Part shown: positions 1-13,599 of the stretch, piece by piece | How positions within the stretch are numbered: the stretch's first letter is position 1 | How the letters are laid out: every line of letters begins with the position of its first letter | NCBI RefSeq assembly: GCF_009914755.1 | Contig: NC_060934.1 | Strand: one strand, 5' to 3' | Length of the DNA stretch: 64,000 nt | Source of the DNA: the human T2T-CHM13v2.0 reference genome, Homo sapiens | Notes under the pieces: model-generated | Seen by the model: the letters and a program-made list of their open reading frames with translations, nothing else | Databases searched by the model: none | Told to the model about the DNA's origin: nothing | Made by a program: the position numbers and the translations under genes

Positions 1-127
1 TTCGTATAGTAGTGTTTTACTCTAGCCTTTTACTTTTAACCTATCCATGTCTCTGTATTTAAGATGGATGTTGATTTTTTCCTTTTATCTAGCCTGACAA
101 TCTCTGACTTTTAATTGGAATGTTCCA

Positions 128-620
128 ATCTGCCCTAATAGTATAGTCACTAGCCACATGTGGCCACTTAGCCTTAAGTTAACTAAAATTTAAAAAATTT
201 AAAATTCAGTTCCCAAAGAGCTCATTAGCTAATGTATGACAGCAGTCCCCAACCTTTTTGGCACCAGGGACTGGTTTCGTGGAAGACAATTTTTCTACAG
301 ACAAGGGTCAGAGGGGAGAAGGGGAAGGTATAGGGATGAAACTGTTCCAAGTCAGATCATCAGGCATTAGATTCTCATAAGCAGCTCACAACCCAGCTCC
401 CTCACATGGGCAGTTCACAATGGGGTTCATGCTCCTATGAGAATCTAATACCACAGCACATCTGACAGGAAGTGGAGCTCAGGCAGCAATGCTCGCTCAC
501 TCGCTGCTCACCTGCTGAGTGTCCCAGTTCCTAACAGGCCACAGAGCAGTACTGGTCCCAGTCTGGGAACTGGGGACCCCTGATGTATGACCATTGGCTA
601 GTGTTGAACGTGCAGACGTT
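128..620. mobile_element. MER3/MER33-like hAT remnant split by the MER1B insertion
   Basis: cactagccacatgtggc ... aaaattcagttcc ... tggctagtg motifs on both sides of the MER1B. Confidence 0.55.
240..582 (+). mobile_element. MER1B-like hAT-Charlie MITE
   Basis: Starts cagcagtccccaacctttttggcaccaggga, ends ggggacccctg; perfect 8-bp TSD atgtatga (232-239, 583-590). Confidence 0.85.
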
Positions 621-849
621 CAGAAACAGAAATTACCATGAAGCAGAGTTTTCACTTAGACCATTTATATTTAGTACCATCATAATCAGTAGGGTTGAAT
701 TTAAGTGGGCCATCTTGCTATTTGTTCTATTTGTCCCACAAGTTTTTTGTTCACTTTTTCTCGTCTTTTGTTGGACTGAAACATTTTATCATTAAATTGG
801 CTTATTAACGATACCTCTTTGTATTTTTTTTTAAGGCTTTTTTAGGGAT

Positions 850-1058
850 GTGGTTTTCAACAGGAAGCTACTTTGTCCCCCTAGGGACATTTGGCAAAGT
901 CTGGAGACATTTTGTTGCAACTCAGAGGGGTGAGTCCTACTAGCATCTAGTGAGCAGAAGCCAGAGATGCTAAGCTTCCCATAATGTGCAGGACAGCTCC
1001 TCACAACAAAGAATTATCCAGCCCACCATGCTGATAGTACCAAGGTTGAGAAACCCTG
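850..1058 (+). mobile_element. MER20 DNA transposon
   Basis: gggacatttggcaaagtctggagacatttt ... ggttgagaaaccctg. Confidence 0.8.
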
Positions 1059-2646
1059 CTCTGGGGCTTACTAAATACTCCCTAACTAATCACGGTCTTC
1101 TTTCAAATACTATCATATCACTTCATGTAATGTTAGAATCTTAACCACATTCTATTTCCTTCCTATCTTGTGATTATTGTCACATACTAGTAGCTGTGAT
1201 ATTGAGCACCTACCTAATCTACCTCTCTGGGTTCAATTTTCTTCATAAGAAAACTGGGAATATCTACCTCATTGACATTCTGTAAGAATTAAAATAAGGG
1301 AAGTGGAAAGCACAGTACCTGTACACCAGAGGTGCTAACTTATCAGTAAGTTATTATCCTATTAATACAGAAAATTTTGAAATGAAGGAACAGAAGGACA
1401 CACCTGAAGAGAAACCTAGGTGACCTACATTCACACCTGGTTTAACTTTTGTTATAAATGCCTCTCCTATAGCTCTCTACCTACAAAAGTGACAATGAGA
1501 CTGTGCCCTACTGGACTAGCTGGCAAAGTTTGACTCAGATGAGAAATTCAAGAATCTTTCGGGCTCTGATATATAATCCCTTTTATTTACCCACATTTAA
1601 TTGAAGACATCTGTAAGTGGTGCCACACAAAATGTAATTCAGACTTAGAAATGTCAATAAAAATGTCTGTAAGGCCGGGGTCCGGTGTAAGCCTAGCAGG
1701 GGAGTACATATCAGCAGCTACAGAGCCACCCGAAATTAGGGATCTAATGGAAATACGTTGCCTGACTTGACGAGGTGATAAAAGCTCTTTTCCCATAAAG
1801 CTTAATGAGCTCTATTAGTCTTCAGCTTACAGGAATGTAAAAGGGTCAGCCCCACAGAGGGAAGTAACTGACTCTCCACACATGGTCCATTCAAATGACA
1901 ACATATCAAATTACTGATGTAATTACTATAACCTGACAATTTCATTAGATTCATGTGGCAGTTAACTGTTTAGGACTTACAACAAAGGGACATGGTTCAC
2001 TCATAGTAGTCATTGTGGAGAAAGTGAAGTTTAAAGTCGGCTTTGTTTTCAACTGCAACTCTCATGTATTTTACTGTCTCTGCCAGAATAATTTGACTTT
2101 TATTCAAAATTAAAGAAGGTGCTGGGTATAGACCATATTTGTAATTTTCCTTCTCCAGCTAAGTCATAAGCTTAATGGCAAAATTAAACATTCAGAGATT
2201 CCCAGCACTCTCCTGCCTTGCCTTTGGTTTGGCTGTCAGGAGCTATGTGGTGGCAAAGGAACAGCAGCCCCTGCTTAGTGCTGCTGGTGGAGACTTAGGG
2301 GTAGCTGCCACTAACTTAAGTCCTCAAGTGGCCCCTGTGGAATTGCAAACTAGAAAAATATCAACAGAAAGCCCTCAAAATATTTCCCATCAAGAAAGGA
2401 GACTTACATTGGTCATCTTTAATTTTGATTTCTCTTCCTCTCCAATGTCATAAACCCAGTAATAAAAAAGATAATTAACCAAGGTAAATACCACTCCAGA
2501 TCATTAAATGATGAAAGCAGACAGAAACAGACAGAAATTATCATTAAACTTTGGATACTACTTTTCACCAAAGAGTGAAACTTCCACACATATATTCCCA
2601 ATACTTAACCAGAGTAGTAATATGTAATTTAAAAGTATATATTTGT

Positions 2647-2949
2647 GGCCGGGCGCAGTGGCTCACACCTGTAATTCTAGCACTTTGGGAGGACCAGGCG
2701 GGTGGATCACTTGAGGTCAGGAGTTCGAGACCAGCCTGGCCAACATGGTGAAACCTGTCTTTACTAAAAATATAAAAATTAGCCAGGCATGGTGGCAGGC
2801 ACCTGTAATCCCAGCTACTTGGGGGGCTAAGGCAGGAGAATTGCTTCAAATGGAAGGCAGAGGCTGCAGTATGCTGAGATAGTGCTATCTGCACTCCAGC
2901 CTGGGTGACAGAGTAAGACTCTGTCTCAAAAAAAAAAAAAAAAAAAAAA
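2647..2949 (+). mobile_element. Alu (AluS-like)
   Basis: Full dimer with poly(A). Confidence 0.95.
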
Positions 2950-3192
2950 TTTGTATATTCTATATACTCTAGCTGCAGCTAGTGTACTCTAGGTACACTC
3001 CAAGACCTATCTATAACTGAGAGCATCCGAAGATTACAAAGGACAAAGCTCTCAATCTTAAGTAGGTACAGTCTAACTGGGAAGACAGACTGTTAACTAC
3101 ATTAAAATGTAAATATTGGAACTTGTCTACTTTTAGCTGAGTCCTGCCAAATTATGGATGAAAGACTGCTACTCTCAGTCTTAGCCCCACCA

Positions 3193-3330
3193 AATTCATT
3201 CATTCATTTGTTCATTCATTCATTGAACAAATATTTATTGACTCAGTGCCTACTATATTCTACCTATACTAAGAATGGGAACGCAATAAAACAAGAAAAA
3301 CAGGGTCCTCTCTCAATGAGCTTACATTTG
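3193..3330 (-). mobile_element. L2 3' end
   Basis: (ttca)n followed by aacaaatatttattga...gcctacta, the typical L2 tail. Confidence 0.7.
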
Positions 3331-3829
3331 AGAGACGTCAACTGTTAAGATTTATTAAGAAGCATCTTTGCCATCGGTGAGTAGTAGCCTTAAATTGCTA
3401 CTTGCCCCAGTAAAGTGGACGTCAAGCTCAAGCCTCCTTATTTGGTCCCTGTACAGGAAAGCCAACCCAGCCTAATTGCCTTCTGCTAAAAACCCTTATT
3501 CCTGTTCATTCCTCTAATCTTTTGCTAAAATGAGAGCAAAGCATTATACATTATCAACATTATCTCATCTAAGTTCCTGCCAGCCCCTTTTTCCCAAGGT
3601 TAGATGCCGTTTCCACATCAAATCAAAGAGACTCCCGTTGTACACCTGTCAAACACTGATTATAAGAAGCATTACCAAAAAGCTACCAATGCACCTCTAC
3701 CCACTGTGGGCCCTTTACTGGAAGAGTAAAGGATAAAACAACACTTTGTAGTTGTTAACATTTTGTGCATCTCCTTTCTACTTTTCTGTGCACTTAAATT
3801 GTGTTTAAACTGAGATCTGCATGTATAAT

Positions 3830-4640
3830 TTTGCATCGTGCTTTTACCTCTCAATATATCAAATGTATTTTATATGTGTTATTCATCAATATATACTCCG
3901 AACACATATTCTCCATTTTAATGGTTGTAGGGTGTTCTATCATATGGCTGTGTCATAATTTATTTGACGTGTTCCTGTTGTACATTTAGATTGTTTACAA
4001 TTTTTTACCATTCATTTTTATGTAAGTTTTGTCCGCATCTTTGATGAACTCTCTGACAGTGATTATTGAACTACAATTACTCAACCACAGGTATGAATGT
4101 ATATAAAGCCTTTAGTGTATGTGACCAAACTGCTTCCTAGAAAGGATGAAGTTTATAAACATCCCATCTCATTATATCTTGTCAAGCATTCACTTAAAAA
4201 ATAAGATATCTTGATAGGTTAAAAAAAAATTATAGATCACTGTCATTTTAAACTGCATTTCTTTTATTACTAATAGGAGTAAACATTTAAAACACATTTA
4301 TTACCATTTGTATTTTATCTTATCAATTACCTGATAAAAATCCAACCACATTTTATGAAAAAGAAATTCATATTAATTGCTTCTAGAAGATCATTACATT
4401 AAGTATAACCCTTTCATCATACTTTATCCAAGTTACCTTTTAGCTATATTTGTTTTCATGTACAAAATTATGGATCTTTACATACTCAAATTAATTTTTT
4501 CACTCTTTGTTTTTTGATACTTTCCATTGCTTTTGAAGTTAGAAAGTGCTTCCATAACTATAGAGTGGGCTATAAAACTTATATTGTCTTCAACTTTTTT
4601 ATGGTTTGGTTTTCACTTCACACCTAACTCTTAATTAAAA
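3830..4640 (-). mobile_element. Old L1 (L1ME-like) fragment
   Basis: Degenerate antisense L1 ORF2/3' motifs (ccaaactgcttcctagaaagg, tgcatttcttttattactaat). Confidence 0.55.
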
Positions 4641-6088
4641 TTCTATCTGCCAGACGCTGTGCTCAGTGTTTGCCACAGATCATCTCATTTAATTTTAATA
4701 TCCCTGTAAGTATTATTATCTCCATTTTTAGATCAGGGAAAAGGGCTCAAGAGTCAATGACTTGCCCGTGGGCTACTCAGGCCTCTCTCATTTCAAAGCC
4801 TAGACTCTTTCCACTATACCACTCTGCTTCCCCGTTGATCCTGGATACTCAGACAATGTGACCAAACCTGGATGGGACTACCCTCTCTGGTCTGGTCCAT
4901 TTCTCCTGGTGACCACTCAGGCTGGCTACCACACGTTTTCAATGCGCCAGTGTAGGCCACACCACATTATCAGCAATAATAGTTTCAATAATCAAATAAA
5001 CAAAATGTTATAAAAGCAGAAATGGTCTCAGGAAGGACACAGTATTGAGGCTCAACCCTGAAGACGAATATGATTTGAAGAAGTTGGGAAAGCATAAAAT
5101 GAAATAAACAATAGGCACAAAGGGAAGGACAAGTGCAAGGCAAGGAACAGAGTCTCATCACGTGGAGCTGAAGCCTAAGAGGAGAACACAAAATAGTGCC
5201 ATGATGTGACTAGCACAGTTTATAACTGCTCCCATTTCCATCACTTATTTGAGAGGTAGGAATTATTATTTGCATCTAAAAGATAACAAAAATGAGGCTC
5301 AGGGCAGTTGTGATTTACCCAATGTCATATAGCTAGTAAGTGAAGGCAAGGTCTTACCCGGTTTCGGTTCTAAGTCCCACCACTTCTTCACATAACTCTG
5401 CTTCCACCCTTTCTCTACTTCCTTTTCCAAGTCTTGATGATCATCTACAAGTTTTTCTGCAAATGCAGCTCATAACGATATCTAGTTCTCTAAACATCTA
5501 ATAGTTTTTCTTTATCTCACAATTTTATCACTGGATTCTCAGTTCTACATTGAAAACCATGATGAGGATTAAATGAAAAAGTGAATGAAGAACCCAGAAT
5601 ATTGCCTTGCTATAACAGCACCTCAATAACTTTGCTCTTCTCTTGTCAACTCATGGATTTTAAAGTGGTCTCTCTAACTGAAACTTCCTTGAAGACAGCC
5701 TTTGCCTCTGATTTTTCCAGCTCTCTTTTAATACCATGGCAATTTACAGAACATAAGGCTGCTGTTAAATAAACAGTTACAGGAGTAATGAAGATACAAC
5801 AAGCCTCTTTAAAATGAAGGACTGATTTCTCTCTACTTATTCAGAAAGAAAATATACTTAAAAAGAGGCAATAACCTGTCATGAAAGTGAATTGCTATTG
5901 ATATAACTTCTAGAAACTTTTATCCAAAAAAAAAGCCTGCAGTAACTCACTCCATTACTGTTATTGAAGAATATATGTGTCCCACCAAAATGAGCACTCC
6001 TAAATTATCAAATAAATGCCTAATGAAAGATATCAACAATGGTGTTCAATTACCAATTCTAATATTAAGGTCAGTGAGTAACTCTTAC

Positions 6089-6121
6089 CTCCAAGGGTGA
6101 ACTGCAAAGGAATCTTGTGAA
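6089..6121 (-). CDS. ATE1: ATE1 coding exon 8 (33 nt; FTRFLCSSPLE)
   Basis: gactgcag|TTC ACA AGA ... TTG GAG|gtaaga; phase 0-0; follows a 28.8-kb intron. Confidence 0.95.
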
Positions 6122-7255
6122 CTGCAGTCAAATTTGAACAGAATCCATTTCATCCAGTAAACAGACGGCAAAAAGGAACACAGAGAAAAAGAAAAAATTA
6201 TTATACAATTTTCCAGTAAATCCACTTAAAGTGAACCCAAAGATTATAGAAAATTAATGTGTCCATAAAATTCATCCAGAGAATAGAAAGGTTCAGCCTA
6301 GTCCATAGGAGGCACCTATTTGAATTCCTTTCAATAAATATTCTTAAAAATCTATATAAAAGCACATAAAGCACAACAAATCAGTCCTAAAATATTTTGT
6401 TTAAATTTTATCTCACAACTCCTACATAATAAAAACATCTTTTAAGGAGAAAAATCAGCAATCTTCCTGACCTAAATTTGACAGGCAAAGTTCAGTAAAT
6501 GCCAAGAGAAGAAGATATAAACCAATGAGGAGACCAACAAAAGGGGAGAGGAAAGACCAGGGGAGAGGAAAGACCAAGAGAGAGGTCAGGTGAGTGAGAA
6601 TGAGAAGAAGGTGAGGTTTTAGCTCCACAATTTGGCATCTCATCTGTGGTCTTTGCCATGTTCTGATCTTTCTCTTTTCTCAGTCCCATATCCCTTTCCT
6701 TCCTTCCTTCTCTCTCCCTTTCTCCCTTCTCTCTCACCTTTCTCTTTCTTTTTATGACACACATAGAGGAATATAGAATATCACCTGAAACTAAATGCTA
6801 TATGATCAGCATTTAAATAAACATATTATAGAGGGGGATAGAAACAAATGACAAAGCAAATTGTAGTATACCTCTGAAATGAGGACCGTCACATAACTTC
6901 ATGCATATACATGACGGTAATTCATAATGTTTTCATTGTTGTTATTTACAGATTCAACATTTCAAATCCTTTGAGATTTACTGTTAATAATACCCAAATA
7001 ATACACACTCTTGATCTTTCTAAATGCAAATTAACTACAATAAAATACAATGACAGGACTGTTTCCAAGCACTCATGAACTTCCTCCCCACAACAAAGCT
7101 AGTACTCGCAGGGAATACAAATAACTTGTATTCTCTTTTAGAGTTACACATTGAAATATTTATCAATGAAATTATATGATGTCTGGGATTCCCTTCATGA
7201 TCATTGGAGAAGTGGGGAGAAAAGTAATATGGAATAGTATAAAATAAAACAGACT

Positions 7256-7556
<301 letters not shown>

Positions 7557-7917
7557 AGTAAGATAAAACAGACTAGACATGACATTAAATGAGTGAGGAC
7601 AAGAGATTAGGGTTCATTACGTGATTCTATCTACTTTGTAAATGTTTGAGGTTTTCCATAACAAAGTTTTAAAAATCTATCACATACTCCCACCAAAAAC
7701 ACTAAATATATTCTTAGAATATCACTAACACATACCAAAGCCATTCAATTAAATAGTATCATTTAGGCCCTAGTTGACAATATATTAAAATGTAAACACT
7801 TCAGTAGGAAGCAAAAAAAAAGGAAAGAAAAGAAAAAAACAAAATGCAAACAGTAAGAATTTTTTCTTAATTTAAATATCAATATGCAGTTCCATTACAT
7901 TAACTCTTAAGATAACT

Positions 7918-7939
7918 TTCTGAAAGTGCAAAATATACC
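7918..7939 (-). promoter_or_regulatory. RNA-structure element R5 (about 1.8 kb upstream of exon 8, about 27.9 kb from R2)
   Basis: + strand ttctgaaagtgcaaaatatacc versus reverse complement of R2 ttctgaaagtgcaaattttacc. Confidence 0.85.
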
Positions 7940-10807
7940 AAAATTTTAAGTCTTCTTAATGCTGACATGAAGCAAATAATTTTATTGAAATTTAAAATGC
8001 AAGCTTTGTGGTCTTGGATTCTTTCATTGCAGCCCAACCTAAGACAATCTCTACCCTTCCTCCCAAGAATAAGAAGTGCCAGTTCAAAGCCTAGCCAGTT
8101 TTAACAGTGGAGAAAAATGAGGCATGGTAAATTTTGATTTTAAAATCAGAAATTTGATTCTGAAGGGTTCTACGCTTTTCCCCAAAAGTGAATGTTAATA
8201 TTATACAAATACTTTTGAATTTATAAGCAAGTCATGTTCAGTAGTAATTGATGCATTAATTAGCATAGAAGCTACTTTAAATAACAATGAAGACAAGAAT
8301 ATAAATGTTGTCTATAAAAACTAATGTCTCCTTGAAGCTTCAACAATTTATACACATTTTTGGCATGTGTATATGTCCCACATTTGTGTCACAGCTTTTT
8401 CAAAATAGACCTAAAAAATTCTCATCCTGTTTGAAGCCACCAAAATGTGAAATACATTAAGTAAAAGTTTTCAATCCTAAAGCAGTAAAAACAGAATAAC
8501 AAATCACAAGACACACATTGACACTCCTATTCCCACGACATGAAAAAGATTTCAAAAAATGCCTTCTCTCTTTTAGAGCATCAGTAAAACCCATTTTTTT
8601 TTATGTTTCACTTCAGTTAATTACTTAGTAAATTCCTTCATAATGAAACTGTACATATTATATTCAGTAGAAATGGTAATACTTTGAAAGAACAATTATA
8701 AAAAAATGAGACTGCAAAATACATTTTCTATATACACTGCAATTGAAAGCAGAAATAGATTCCTTAACAAACACTATCATGATGTCTGATTACTATTAAA
8801 AAGGACTATGGCTCAATTTTGCTGTGAACCTAAAACTACTAAAAAGTAAAGTCTATTGAAAAAAAAAAGACTACGGCTGCACGCAGATGGTTGCACACAT
8901 TAATATCACTTGTCTGATATGACTATATTAATAGGACTACTTAATAATAAATAATGGGTAAAGTTAACAGTAGTTAAGAGAAAGATCCTTTTCAAAATAT
9001 TTGGGCGTAATATTGAAAACATAAAAAATGTAATATGTTTTACAAAATATCTGATTCTGCAGATGGGCATATAATTTTCTCATTCTAATAACAATCGTAG
9101 GTTAACATAGCCATATTCTTTATCTTCCTATGTACCCACTTTTAAAGATTACTTCTAGGAGTATCTTGATTTAACATAGTTCAATAAAGGAATAACCTGC
9201 ATGATATTTGGCTTTTTAAACTTAACAGCTAAGTTACCTGTAACAATATTAATAACACTGTCAATTTGATTCACTTGATAAAATTTATAAAAATTCTAAA
9301 TGCCAATTATTCTGTCAAGTCTTGAATTTTTTTTAAAAAACTGAAGAATTATGGTCTATATTTAGAATCCAGGCATAAAAGGCATCAGTACCATTTTCAA
9401 AATCCTCTAGGCCTCTAAAAAGAAAAAGGATACACACAGACAGTGCTCACGCTCCACAGCTTCTTACTGACCTTGCTTTTCTTAAAGTATTCTCATTTAC
9501 CAAGCCTGGTACCATTGTTCTATTCATCATCGGTAGCCTGACTCATAACATAATCCTTTCTCATTCCCGCCAAAGAAGCACTTAATGCTTACCAAAATTT
9601 TCTAAACCATTTTCCAAGTGCACAAAATTGTAGTTAGACCTCCTATTAGTTACAATCAGTAAGTTCTTTTTCTAAGTATAGGGGTGGGGGGAATAAGGAC
9701 CAAAGAAAATACACTGCTAATTTTGTCAAAAGATCCTAGCAATTTGGATGTAATGACTTCCTTTTTGGTAAGTTAAAAAAAAAAAAAAGGTACCAGAAAA
9801 ATGATAATTATTTTCTCTTTGTAATATAAACTATTCAACAGATAATTCAAGCCACTTTGCTCCTGAAATGCCTTATTTGTTTAATAAGTAACCGTGGTTA
9901 AATTCCTATCTTTTAAAGAAAAAGGAAACACTCAACACCAAAAGGCATTTTTTACAAAGATAAATAACATTTTTTTTTCCTAACCCAAGGAACATCAGTA
10001 AGGTGTCACTATTTGCCAAAGTGAAATTCCAAATCTTATAACTAGTCATATCAAATATCCAAAATTTCCTCACATTAACAAAATATACTTCCAGTTGTAT
10101 TTCCTGGGCTTTTCACTTATTGTACCCTACTTCCACTTACTGTCCTATAATTTGTCAGGGGACAGGTCTGATTATTTTAGATTATAATCTAATAAAACCT
10201 TTATTTAAAAATTTTGCAATTATCAATCTAAATTACACCTCATTGTAAAATACTAAATTCTATCAGGAATTTGGAAGCCTTAAGTCAGTTACGACTCTAA
10301 ATTATGTTAACTTAACATTTTAGACTCCCTTCCCATCCCTGTTCAATTTCTGGCACATATTTACACTATAAATAACTGGTAGTTCTAAGGCAGTGCAAAC
10401 TAGGTTTTATGTAAAGAATGTCTCTGATAAATCTACAACTCTAAGAAATTAATTTGATTCCACAAAAGAAAAAAGTTTTATTGTTTCATATTTCATTGCA
10501 GACAAATAAAACCTTCAAAGCAGCCAAAAGACACAGCTAGCGCCCATTTAAAAAGTCATCAAAAGAATGAGAATTAAATCTGTATTTAACAAGGAGTGGA
10601 AGCTAAGGTTTGAGAAGATCTTATTTAACCTATTAGTGGGGAGTAAAAAGGGCAGATTCAAGTAATTCCCTAAATTCATTTTTTTATAGCTATTCTCTAT
10701 CCCAATTGCAAGCAACGTAGCAGAAAGGATTGTTTGTGCTACCTCTTCTGATTACATTTGGCACCTTAGACATTAAGATTCAAAACATCTTAAAAGATGA
10801 CAACAAG

Positions 10808-11268
<461 letters not shown>

Positions 11269-11340
11269 TTATTTACACTCCAATATAGTTAAACCTTTGT
11301 CTTCTGAAGCATTATATCTCCTTTTTTGCCTGAGGATTAG

Positions 11341-11700
<360 letters not shown>

Positions 11701-12781
11701 AGGTCTTGGTTTTTGATGTGTAAAAGGATTTCAGCCAAACCACCTTCCCCAGGTGGTATCCTGTGGCACGGCAGTCTCCTGAGACACTCTCTAAAAAACG
11801 ATTCCATGGCCACGTAAGTCTGGGAAATGCTCTTACTATATAGCGGCCTCACCTCCCCTTCCTCCTTACCTTAGTGAATTGCAGGCTACACTGATATATT
11901 AAAGGCTTTTCACATTCCTGTATTTACAAACAAAAAAACTCTTCTACTTCAACCTCAGTCAAGTGTTTCCCAAAGTTACATGACTAGAGATTTTTGTTTT
12001 TAATTTCATATAATATCTATTAACATTCCACAAAATCCATTTTCCACAAAGCTCATTTTAGGCAACACTGGTCCCTACCAGCTCTGATTTGTTTTCCCCA
12101 ATCTGTGCTTACTAGAATTGCTCACTGAAAATACTCAGTGTGGCACTCTCAAAAATGGCAGAAAATCCAATACTATCAATGAATTATTCGCCCTTTTTTT
12201 CCCCCATTTAAGAGTTCTGGTCCCTACCCAATAATATTCCTGGTGATGTTATGGGCAAATGCTCAAAGCAATGCCACAGATGTACTATAATAAAATGCCT
12301 CTTGAAAAATTCTAGTATCTGCCCAGAATCACAAAAGCCCATAAAACACTAATATGCAGAGCTAGTTATAAATGTTTTGCTCTAAATGTTGATTTCAAAG
12401 TTTGCTAACACATATCCTAATTAATGAGCTACTTCACTAAATATCTTTTTACTATTTTTTGCACCTTTCTCCCTAATTTCTAACAGCAACAGGGATTTGG
12501 ATTGTAAGTTAGGTTATTCACTAATATCTACCTCCTACGTTCACTATAATAATCATCATATATTTTATAAATAGAAATGGTGGCTCTATACTTAACACCA
12601 ATGATATACATATGAACTTGTTAAAATATCATTTATTTACTACCTTCAAGCCTAGTTTGTTTCTAAAATTAAACTTTTAAGTTTGCAATATGAATCTATA
12701 AAATCCAGATAAGAGTATAACAATTCTATATCTTAAAGAGCTACACTCAAAAAGAATGGAATCTTAAAAAATTGTGTTGCT

Positions 12782-13097
<316 letters not shown>

Positions 13098-13599
13098 TTA
13101 TCAGCAGCAAACAAAATCATCATAAACAGAGTTCATATAAAATCACAAAGAAAAACATGTTCTTGGCAAAATCATCAAACAGAACACCCACCAAAGAAAG
13201 ACTCTGGTTCTGGTGGCATTCTGTACTGATTTCAGAATCCTTTGCTCCTCTAACAGGAAGATCATTTGCCATAGGACGCTAATGACCTAAGGCCTATATG
13301 TTAATTGCATTAAATAAATACCAGCACAAAATACTAAAACATCTCATAAGAAGTATGGAAATAATTTTACAAGTATGTTTAAGAGAAAAAAACACCTTCT
13401 GGTTTTTTAAAGTAAACACTAAGGCCGAAATTTTATACAAGAGAAATCTTTACATCTGTTGCTGACATTCTTGATCTGCAAGCTAAGTGTTTAGAAATGT
13501 ACCAAAACTCAAAGGCTTTCAAAATTAGATTCTTCCAAAATAATATTTTCCTAGGTATGGAGTATAGTTATTTCCAGGTTGGAAAAAGATATTTAGAAT

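Noticed and set aside
2276-2342. Two CTCF-like strings
   Set aside because: Several mismatches at core positions
6543-6576. 17-bp tandem duplication ggggagaggaaagacca x2
   Set aside because: Simple local duplication in a purine-rich tract with no evident function
7891-7911. Direct similarity between the R5 flank (tccattacattaactcttaag) and the R2 flank (tccattaattcagtcttagg, about 35814-35833)
   Set aside because: Gapped AT-rich match in the same orientation, so it cannot pair; probably chance
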